Below are positions 27,416 through 35,292 of a DNA stretch of 64,000 nt, in pieces. This DNA is from a virus. Position 1 is the stretch's first letter; each line of letters begins with the position of its first letter. Made by a program: the position numbers and the translations under genes. The stretch is from IMG/VR virus record IMGVR_UViG_3300027733_000033. One strand, written 5' to 3'. The notes beneath the pieces are model-generated. The model had not been told where the DNA came from and made no database searches. It saw only the letters and a list, made by a program, of their open reading frames with translations.

Positions 27416-29365
27416 CTATGATATTGCTAAGAAGATGTAGGATACTCCAGAAGCATTTGCTGAAGCAGTTGTTTGGTTTACTGTAAATCCAGGCGCATAA
27501 GGATCTAACCAATCTTCACCAGTAACTTCAGCCGCTGATGAATTAAGAGATAATATTGGATCATTTCCAGATACGATTCCTCTAGCAGTATCGGCCACTA
27601 ACCAGTCACCAGTAGTTGAGGTAGCTTTTACCAAGACAAATCTTGCGCCTGCCGCAAATCCACATTCGATATTTTGACTAGAACCATTACCTGTGTAGGA
27701 GCCTACTTTAGAGATTCCTGCGAGTGTGGCGAATAGGTAGGCGACGTAGGTGTGTGTTGATACATTTGGTGTATATGATCCATACGAACTGTCTAAACTA
27801 AATGTAGTCGATGTAGCAGCGGTAATAATATTTGCATATGAAGTTGAAAATGCGTTGGTAAAATATAACCACGCACCCTTTGCACTCAAACCTAGTTGAG
27901 AGCATGCAACTTGCCAAGTTGTAAAATTTGCGCCACTTGACGTTCTGTCAGCAAAAATAAGTAGTTCTGGTGAGCTAGTTAGATTGTGGTTTATGTTTTG
28001 TGTAGCCCCATTCCCCGTATAACAAACTTCATCAAAGAATCCGGGGGCGCGTTTGAGATGATGTTGGATATATGTATAACCACTTCCATTAAACGATTGC
28101 GAGCTATTTCCATCGGAACCAAGTTTGATACCATCCATTTCAAAACTTTGAATTGCGCTAGTGTCTGAACGTTCTGCTTCAGTATTATCATTTCTCAAAT
28201 ATGAGTTGGGACCTCGTAATTTATCGCACCAAACTGGATGCCATCCCGCAGCATCACGACGTTGACCACGAACTACGTCTGGAGAAAATCCAATTCCGGT
28301 AATTGTAGTTATGGTTGCGTTGCCAGTTCTCGCAATAGCGTTATAAACCTGCGTCCCACTCGTTGGCGGCTTGTTTGGGCGACGGATTGCCATGTAGATG
28401 TAAGTGGCAGTCGTACTAGGAGTAAAGTTAGATACTCCGCTAAACCCCGTAGCGTTAGGACCAAGATAATAAGACGTTCCTGTTTCAAAACCGCTAGTGT
28501 TTGGGGCTAATACTTGAGTAACGTCATTACCCGATGCTGCGATAGCGTTAAATGCAGGGCGCATAACATCCATCACAGCCCAATTTTCTGCAATATCAGT
28601 ACGTCTTATTAAAATGTATTGAGGTTCCCACCCTAAAGTTATATTTGGGTATTGCAAATAAGTGCTAGTAAACGACCCGCACTGAATAATTCCAGTTGAT
28701 GACGTGTCATGAGCGAATAGGTAGGCGACGTAAGTACCGCCAGAAGCATTAACAGTAGCATCTGTACCCACAGAAAACACGGAGCTTGTCGGTGCTGTTG
28801 AGTTCCATACGGTAGGTACTGAGGCTTGTGCATCACGTAAATTTAGCTGTATTGAATATGCGGCTGACGTTAAACTTCTATGATAAACCTGCCAATCTGC
28901 TGTTGTGTCAGTACGCTTAACTATAATCATTCCCGGAGCAACACCAAGACTATGTGCAATCGTTCTTGCACTACCTGTCCCCGTATAAGTCACCACATCA
29001 AAAAACTTCGCGGCTTTGCGGAATGTCCATGAGACGTAGGTAGAACCTGAATTATTACCACCATTATTTAATGAAACAGCAAACCCTGATGCGCTTACAG
29101 AATCTACAATATCATTGCCAACAGATTGTGCGCTAGTGTCATTGCTAACAAGACTGTTTTGAATACCTCTAGTTGTATCTTGTAAATAATTGTTATATGT
29201 TGTGCTTCTACTTTTTAACCAAACCATCCCGCCTTTACCCGCCAAGTCAATGCCGTTAGTGATGGTTTGCGTTGAGGCGTTGCCGGTATAGAGATAGGTT
29301 GAAAAGACCGAATCGGAATAAAGAGTTTCACCATCATCAGAATTAGAATTTAACATTAAACTCAT
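27416..29365 (-). CDS. Tail fibre / receptor-binding protein with internally repeated domain
   Basis: Recurring YTGN/YTGT, FFD.V.YTG and YVAYLFA motifs; followed by a chaperone gene. Confidence 0.75.
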   Translation of the reverse strand: MSLMLNSNSDDGETLYSDSVFSTYLYTGNASTQTITNGIDLAGKGGMVWLKSRSTTYNNYLQDTTRGIQNSLVSNDTSAQSVGNDIVDSVSASGFAVSLNNGGNNSGSTYVSWTFRKAAKFFDVVTYTGTGSARTIAHSLGVAPGMIIVKRTDTTADWQVYHRSLTSAAYSIQLNLRDAQASVPTVWNSTAPTSSVFSVGTDATVNASGGTYVAYLFAHDTSSTGIIQCGSFTSTYLQYPNITLGWEPQYILIRRTDIAENWAVMDVMRPAFNAIAASGNDVTQVLAPNTSGFETGTSYYLGPNATGFSGVSNFTPSTTATYIYMAIRRPNKPPTSGTQVYNAIARTGNATITTITGIGFSPDVVRGQRRDAAGWHPVWCDKLRGPNSYLRNDNTEAERSDTSAIQSFEMDGIKLGSDGNSSQSFNGSGYTYIQHHLKRAPGFFDEVCYTGNGATQNINHNLTSSPELLIFADRTSSGANFTTWQVACSQLGLSAKGAWLYFTNAFSTSYANIITAATSTTFSLDSSYGSYTPNVSTHTYVAYLFATLAGISKVGSYTGNGSSQNIECGFAAGARFVLVKATSTTGDWLVADTARGIVSGNDPILSLNSSAAEVTGEDWLDPYAPGFTVNQTTASANASGVSYIFLAIS

Positions 29366-30111
29366 ATCACTAACTCCTTACAATTATCAAAATGCCATCT
29401 TTTCATAATTCCAATACCACCCATTTTAGTGCAATGCGGACACTTTACTTTTTGTTTAGGAACACCAATTAAGGCTTTGGATATCTTTAAACTGTGTTCT
29501 TGTGTTTTAGGTATATCTTTTAAGGCAAGTGATGTTTTTCTTTTTGTTTCTTCAGATGGTTTGTAATCCGATTCTAATCTTGCCTTTGCAATATTAAGTC
29601 TACCTTGTTCCGATTTAGGTTTTCTCATATTTTGCTTGTGTTCTTCACTGATTGTTTTTCCTTTCTGTTTTTCTGACTGCTTACGCTTAGTTTCTTCGGT
29701 ATGGTGTCTTCCCCACCATATAGAATCTTCTCCGCGTTTTCCGTAGTTTGGATTATTTTCTCCAGATAAATTTCTATTTAAGCCAGACAATCCTTCACCG
29801 CCATCAGTTAGATTGGTAAGTATTCCAGTTTTATTATCACGTCTACCAAGCAATTCTATTACAAACATTTCTAATTCAAAGGCAAGTTTTTCTGTCAAAT
29901 TTGTATCACTATATTTTATAATGACTTCACCATTTTTAGATACAATTTCTCTAATAGTGTTAAGTTTATGCTTATTTGATTTCTTAGTATCTGGGTAAGC
30001 CGCTTCATTTATATGGTCCATTGCTCTATTTTTCTTACCTTTACCAATATAGAATGGTTGATTAGTAAATGGATTTATTAAAGCGTATGTATAATAATTA
30101 TTCATATTCAA
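29362..30111 (-). CDS. Free-standing GIY-YIG homing endonuclease with NUMOD3 repeats
   Basis: YYTYAL..P....PFYIGKG...R, LTNLTDGGEG, HTEETKRK, CPHC...MKRWHFDNCK. Confidence 0.88.
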   Translation of the reverse strand: MNMNNYYTYALINPFTNQPFYIGKGKKNRAMDHINEAAYPDTKKSNKHKLNTIREIVSKNGEVIIKYSDTNLTEKLAFELEMFVIELLGRRDNKTGILTNLTDGGEGLSGLNRNLSGENNPNYGKRGEDSIWWGRHHTEETKRKQSEKQKGKTISEEHKQNMRKPKSEQGRLNIAKARLESDYKPSEETKRKTSLALKDIPKTQEHSLKISKALIGVPKQKVKCPHCTKMGGIGIMKRWHFDNCKELVI

Positions 30112-30133
30112 TTCCTGCTATTGGAAACATAAT

Positions 30134-32239
30134 TTAACCCACGTTCAATTTAATGCCAGTATTAACCAAATAATAATTGGTCCCGTCTGTACTTGCTACC
30201 ACAAAAGTCAATACATCAATTTTTCCACTTGTTCCGGTTAATGTAGGAGCAGTAGAAGCCGTCCATTTCATATTAGCATTCCATGAAATTGTACTACCAC
30301 CATTATACCGTACAATTGCTTCATATTGATTACCAACCAAACTACTTAATGTTCCAGTCAAATTGAATGTAGTAATATTAGCATTCAGATTGATTCTGAA
30401 AATCTGATTAGTAGTCAAATCCCATGTAACTGCATTAGTCGATGGAGCAGTTTCTGCTGAAGTAGAAGGAGTTTGAGGTTTTGTAAAGGTTGTAGCAGTT
30501 CCTGGAGCAACATAATCCGTTCCAGCAGATGCTGCGGTTAACGCGCCACCTGAATTTGCTTTTAATAATGACGTCCCTGAAGGAGGAGCAAGATAATCTG
30601 TGCCAGCAGTCGCATTCGATAAAGCACCACCAGAATTTGCTTTTAATAATGACGTCCCTGAAGGAGGAGCAAGATAATCTGTGCCAGCAGTCGCATTAGT
30701 AAGAGTATTACCAGTTCCTTTGGTTAGTCCTGTTAATGTGACTGATGTTGATACATTACCTAATGAACCTACAGGCGTTTCTAATAATTTCCAGTTAGTG
30801 CCGGTAGAACTATAAACGAATGAGACGTAAGTACCATTCATGTCTAAAATTAATGATGTGTCACTTTCGATTGTAGTAGTACCACCACGATTGATGGTCA
30901 AATTAGCAGTATTAAAGTTTCCAGTAATATCAACTACACCAATAATATCACCATCAGTTGGCGATGTTGGGAATGTTATAGAGAATGCACCAGAAGTAGT
31001 ATCACATCTTACTAAATCATTTGATGTTGCAGTATAGCCATTAGCAGTTTTAATAGTAGTAGGAGTTAAACCGCCACCAATAGAACCCCATTTAGAACCA
31101 TTATAACCTTCAAAAGTAGTAAGATCGCTATTGAATCTTAAATAACCTGCGACAGGAGTTCCTGGTCGAGCACCAGTTCCACCAGTAGGAATACCTAAAC
31201 TTGGAGCAGTAATATCAAGGCTAGATGTTGAAAATACTCCACCTCTATTGATATAAAGTGCATAATTGGTAGCACCACCAGTTGCATCGCCATACAGACC
31301 AATATTCATACCGCCAGCATGTGTGTCATTAGCATAACCACGAACGCCAACAGCAGAACCACCGTCTCCTGTTGCTGAAACGTGACCCTCACCTATAACC
31401 CCACCAGAACGAGCCAAACCAGATGTATAACCCGCGCCGTACAACCCAACACCATAATTAGCAAAGGTAATTGTTCCTGATACTGCAGCAATATTATTTG
31501 CTGACAATGTTACACTTGTTCCTGATACAGCAGTTACAGTTGCGTTTGGTGCTATACCCGTACCACTTACACCCTGTCCAACTAAAATAGCCGCGTTTGC
31601 CGCGCCTAATGTAATTGTATTGACACTATTTAAGCCGGTGGCTGTTGATGTAGTTACACTTCCAAGTCCTTCACCCATCATACCAATTACATGAGGTTCA
31701 GCTTGACCTCCAGTTGAAACTGAACTAGCAATAGAAAGTGCGTTAGGAAATCTGGTTGTGCTTGCACCGGCACCAATCAATACGTTTCCAGTAAAGGTTG
31801 GGGACGCAAGATTAGCTTTAAGATTTAATGCGGTTTGTTGAGTAGTTGATACAGGTTTTGCTGAATCTGCTGTATTATCAACACTGCCTAATCCAACCAT
31901 CGTTTTTGTGATACCAGAAACAGTACCAGTAAAGGTTGGGGACGCAAGATTAGCTTTAAGATCTAACGCGGTTTGTTGAGCAGTTGATACAGGTTTATTT
32001 GCATCAGAAGTATTTGTTACGTTACCTAACCCAACCATTGAAGCAGATATACCAGAAACAGTACCAGTGAAGGTTGGACTGATATTTAATACAGGAGAAC
32101 CAGTGCCGGTTGGAGTCGGCAAAGTGTAGGGTGCTACATTTGAACCACCCAATGCAATAAGTAAATTGGTAAAATTGGCATCCACCTCTGCGTTTGTTAG
32201 TGGAGACCCTTTCGCCGTTCTAAGGGTAAGCGTTGACAT
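30134..32239 (-). CDS. Tail fibre protein
   Basis: TLRTAKGSPLT N-terminus, KANLASPTFTG repeats, LRFNS....FEGYNG..W, internal tandem repeats. Confidence 0.8.
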   Translation of the reverse strand: MSTLTLRTAKGSPLTNAEVDANFTNLLIALGGSNVAPYTLPTPTGTGSPVLNISPTFTGTVSGISASMVGLGNVTNTSDANKPVSTAQQTALDLKANLASPTFTGTVSGITKTMVGLGSVDNTADSAKPVSTTQQTALNLKANLASPTFTGNVLIGAGASTTRFPNALSIASSVSTGGQAEPHVIGMMGEGLGSVTTSTATGLNSVNTITLGAANAAILVGQGVSGTGIAPNATVTAVSGTSVTLSANNIAAVSGTITFANYGVGLYGAGYTSGLARSGGVIGEGHVSATGDGGSAVGVRGYANDTHAGGMNIGLYGDATGGATNYALYINRGGVFSTSSLDITAPSLGIPTGGTGARPGTPVAGYLRFNSDLTTFEGYNGSKWGSIGGGLTPTTIKTANGYTATSNDLVRCDTTSGAFSITFPTSPTDGDIIGVVDITGNFNTANLTINRGGTTTIESDTSLILDMNGTYVSFVYSSTGTNWKLLETPVGSLGNVSTSVTLTGLTKGTGNTLTNATAGTDYLAPPSGTSLLKANSGGALSNATAGTDYLAPPSGTSLLKANSGGALTAASAGTDYVAPGTATTFTKPQTPSTSAETAPSTNAVTWDLTTNQIFRINLNANITTFNLTGTLSSLVGNQYEAIVRYNGGSTISWNANMKWTASTAPTLTGTSGKIDVLTFVVASTDGTNYYLVNTGIKLNVG
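30500..30697 (-). repeat. 81 bp (27 aa) tandem repeat in fibre gene
   Basis: 65 bp identical at 30552 and 30633 (NATAGTDYLAPPSGTSLLKANS) plus a partial third unit. Confidence 0.85.
31790..32080 (-). repeat. ~135 bp (45 aa) duplicated segment in fibre gene
   Basis: MVGLG.V.NT.D..KPVST.QQTAL.LKANLASPTFTG twice. Confidence 0.8.
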
Positions 32240-32300
32240 TATTAATTCCTTTAAAGTTGGAGGTGTTACCGTTATTATTTTTCAACAATTTATAATATAT

Positions 32301-32953
32301 TTAGTGTTGAAATAAAGAGACTGATGTTTCTGCTTTACATTTATCAAAATGCCATCTTTTCATTCCATTTTCACCTCCAGTTTACCGCAATGTGGACATG
32401 TGACTTGTTTTCTAGGTTCACCTTTATCTGAGCGTGGGTTTCTAGGTTTACTTGATTTTTTGTATGGACCACGTTTTTTGCCTGTCATATTAGCAGATAT
32501 TTTGTCTTTAGCTTCTTGTGATTTGGATTTACCTTTATTTGGAGCAACTCTGCCTTTAGCACAAGCTTTCATGTTAGCTTTAGCTTCTTCTGAACGAGGT
32601 CTACGCATTTTGGCTTTAGTTTCTTCTGATGGCTTTTCACCAGAGGCACCTCCATCTAACCCGTTTTCTGGAATTAGATTTGCCCATTCATCAGAATTAA
32701 CTATGTCGTTATCAACAGAAAACTTTAACGCAACCTCGACAATTGAAGCGTCATAGTACAACTCAGAAACCCAAAGAGTAACGATATGTTCTTTACCGTG
32801 TTTTTTGATGTGGTTACACCAGTATTTGCCTGAGCCGTTGTAGGTGTATGGGTCTCTAGTGGTCTTACCGAAATATTTCTTTTTGGTTATGGAATGCTGT
32901 TTGATGTAAAGATAGGTGGGTGTGATAGGAGTATAAATACTTGTGCTGGTCAT
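32301..32953 (-). CDS. GIY-YIG-like/NUMOD3 homing endonuclease with a C-terminal frameshift
   Basis: TYLYIKQH...KKYFGKT, Y.GSG.YW, WANLIPENG, SEETKAKM; start MTSTSIY after AAGGA; in-frame stop at 32360, while the shifted frame gives GGENGMKRWHFDKCK ending at 32301. Confidence 0.82.
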
Positions 32954-32984
32954 GGTAATTCCTTTTATCGATAGAATGATTAGT

Positions 32985-33021
32985 GCCACTGGGGACTGCA
33001 ATCCCGCGAGTGGCTTTTTTT
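32985..33021 (+). terminator. Terminator-like hairpin antisense to the homing endonuclease leader
   Basis: GCCACT-GGGGACTGCAATCCCGCG-AGTGGC-TTTTTTT. Confidence 0.7.
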
Positions 33022-33038
33022 GTACAAAATATTTAGTA

Positions 33039-33116
33039 AAAATAGAGCTTTACTTTATGTTGCTAAACACGTATAATAGCCTAGTCGGGCGTGAATTGAG
33101 GTTAAGCGCTTAAAAA
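33039..33116 (+). repeat. Promoter-leader cassette (family A) copy 3
   Basis: AAAATAGAGC-TTTACT-N17-TATAATAGCCTAGTCGGGCGTGAATTGAGGTTAAGCGCTTAAAAA. Confidence 0.9.
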
Positions 33117-33117
33117 T

Positions 33118-33150
33118 AAAGCCGGTAAACTGTTAAGTCATACCGGCTTA
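33118..33150. terminator. Hairpin/terminator after the 33157 gene
   Basis: AAGCCGGTA-loop-TACCGGCTT with A-rich flank (U-rich on minus). Confidence 0.7.
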
Positions 33151-33156
33151 TGAATA

Positions 33157-33360
33157 CTATTTTGATAAGACTTGTCTAAGTAAATTCTTTAATTCTGATA
33201 GTTCTGATTTAAGGCTAACCACTTCAGAAGATAAAGAATGTGTTTTATTATTTTCTTCGCGCATTTGTTTAAATTTACGCATTTCATTAATGTCTACATT
33301 CAATATAGAATTTGACCGTTCATCACGTTTTAAACTAGGATTATCTTTTACACTTATCAT
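33157..33360 (-). CDS. Small coiled-coil protein
   Basis: VKDNPSLKRD..SNSILN, ELKNLL; typical companion downstream of VrlC-like genes. Confidence 0.7.
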   Translation of the reverse strand: MISVKDNPSLKRDERSNSILNVDINEMRKFKQMREENNKTHSLSSEVVSLKSELSELKNLLRQVLSK

Positions 33361-35216
33361 GACGTTGCTATAGCTCTCAAATTTTTAACTCTAGGGAAAT
33401 TAACAGGGTTATCCGAATACATCACCACTTTGACAATAAAGGTTTTGAACGAGCTGTGATTTACCTTTCCAAGTTGATAATAAAAATCATCAAGTTTGTA
33501 CTCATCAATAACAAAATCATTATCGGTTGATGAATACTGCACGTCACCTTTTAATGGAATTTGTATATACGAATGGTCTTCAAACGTAGCGAAATCATCA
33601 CCAGCAACCGCCTTAACAAACACTTCTATAGAAGTCCCGTGTTGTCTATTAACATCAAGTATCACACGAATACCAGTAGCATCAAACCCATCTGCCAATA
33701 CAACTTTTTTTGTCACGTATTTAGCCGCCGCGCCGCCCTTATTAGGATCGGTTTCATCAACCAATAAATCCAGTTTGGTATTAATAGCGTTCTGAAAAAA
33801 TTTCATATTAATCTTATCTTTCTGAATAACAGGAGAAAGATTAGTACTGGTTGACGATAGGTTAAACTTAACATAAGGCGTTGTTGCAGAAGATAAAGTC
33901 GTTCTGGTTGCTAGTTTCGTATTTGTATTATTGTTAACTGGGATGTAATCGCCACCCAATTTAGAATAATATTTCAACGATGTACCGGCAATTTCTTTAT
34001 CAGGCGAAGTGATGCTAATCATATCAGATATAATAGAATCTGAATCTTTGATTAGAGGTATTTCAACATCAAGAGAAGAAGTATTAAATACACACTTATG
34101 GATATTGAACATCATATCTTTAGTTTGGTCAGCAGTCCATGTTCTGGCGTTTTGCGACATAAAGAATGACCCGACATTACCGTCTGGATTTGTTGAAATT
34201 AGCTTACCTGTAGCCAAATCTGTAGAACCCAATTCCGAAACGAAAACGCGGTATTTTGCGTTGTCCGAACCAACAACGATAGCATATTCTCCAGCTTCAA
34301 GATGAATAGGATCGCTAAATGTAAACGTTGTTGCTGCAGGGATAGGAGCTATGCTAGTTCCTGTTGGTAAATTAACAGAAGCGTATGGCTTTTCAACTCT
34401 TGAGTTTGTTAAATACGAATCAGAAGAAGGATACCCGTTAACTGTTTTTGTTATGTAAATCCAAGCAGTAGAGTTTGAACCAGTTTCAGGTTTTTGCGAA
34501 AAATAGACATCTGCTTTAGAAAGGAATAAGCCGTTAGGGTATTCTTTTGGGTTTACATAAAATGATTGGGCAACTGGATCGGATACTGTAGTTTTTTCTT
34601 CCGCCGCTGATGTAAATATAGAAGATGAAGAACTAGTAAATGCTGAACCTGTATGTTTAACTGTATCATATGCAACGTTAGCCGCATTTGATCCTTTCAC
34701 TGATACTGGGAAAATGTAAAACGTTTTAGATGCTCCAATAGTCCATGAAAAAGTTTTTGAAGTGTCTGGAGACACTTCCGCAATAAGTGTCCATTCCGCT
34801 ACATTTTTTGCTCCTACTTCAACGTTAGGATTATTTGCAGCATATAACGTAGAAGTAGTTGTTGCGCCTTTGTTTGAATATGAATATGTAAATTCCAACG
34901 GTTCATTTATAATATCAGATACGGTTACTTTATAAATATGACCCCATCCTACCCCACTCACCGAAAAAGCTCCGTGACTGTTATTTATACTTTGTATAGA
35001 AACAGTAATTAATTTGTTGATATACGCAGCTGAAGTTTTGAAGTTCGGGTAATCGACATTCACAGGTATTGCTGTGTTTGTGGAATTTATAGAAAATACA
35101 AAATTTCCATCAGTAGTTGAGGATGTGGATGTAAAATCGACTGCGCATCTTATGGAACCAGCTAAATCTGTTCCCGTAACTTGACCAACAGGCAATGTAC
35201 CTTTAAATTTTGACAT
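33357..35216 (-). CDS. Virion structural protein corresponding to the VrlC-like C-terminal region
   Basis: DPVAQSF, GLFLSKADVYF, FTFSDPIHL..GEYAIV, GSFFMSQN..TWT, KYVTKKVVL, PRVKNLRAIA. Confidence 0.8.
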   Translation of the reverse strand: MSKFKGTLPVGQVTGTDLAGSIRCAVDFTSTSSTTDGNFVFSINSTNTAIPVNVDYPNFKTSAAYINKLITVSIQSINNSHGAFSVSGVGWGHIYKVTVSDIINEPLEFTYSYSNKGATTTSTLYAANNPNVEVGAKNVAEWTLIAEVSPDTSKTFSWTIGASKTFYIFPVSVKGSNAANVAYDTVKHTGSAFTSSSSSIFTSAAEEKTTVSDPVAQSFYVNPKEYPNGLFLSKADVYFSQKPETGSNSTAWIYITKTVNGYPSSDSYLTNSRVEKPYASVNLPTGTSIAPIPAATTFTFSDPIHLEAGEYAIVVGSDNAKYRVFVSELGSTDLATGKLISTNPDGNVGSFFMSQNARTWTADQTKDMMFNIHKCVFNTSSLDVEIPLIKDSDSIISDMISITSPDKEIAGTSLKYYSKLGGDYIPVNNNTNTKLATRTTLSSATTPYVKFNLSSTSTNLSPVIQKDKINMKFFQNAINTKLDLLVDETDPNKGGAAAKYVTKKVVLADGFDATGIRVILDVNRQHGTSIEVFVKAVAGDDFATFEDHSYIQIPLKGDVQYSSTDNDFVIDEYKLDDFYYQLGKVNHSSFKTFIVKVVMYSDNPVNFPRVKNLRAIATS

Positions 35217-35242
35217 AGTATTCCTTTATGTTTAACTTTGGA

Positions 35243-35272
35243 ATTTGGCGGGTTAATGTAAAACCCGCCAAA
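35243..35272. terminator. Strong GC hairpin between the two VrlC-like genes
   Basis: ATTTGGCGGGTT-AATGTA-AAACCCGCCAAAT. Confidence 0.65.
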
Positions 35273-35292
35273 TAATTCAATTAATTAATGCG

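Noticed and set aside
29362-33001. Group I introns housing the endonucleases
   Set aside because: Flanking genes appear complete and intergenic space is too short for an intron core
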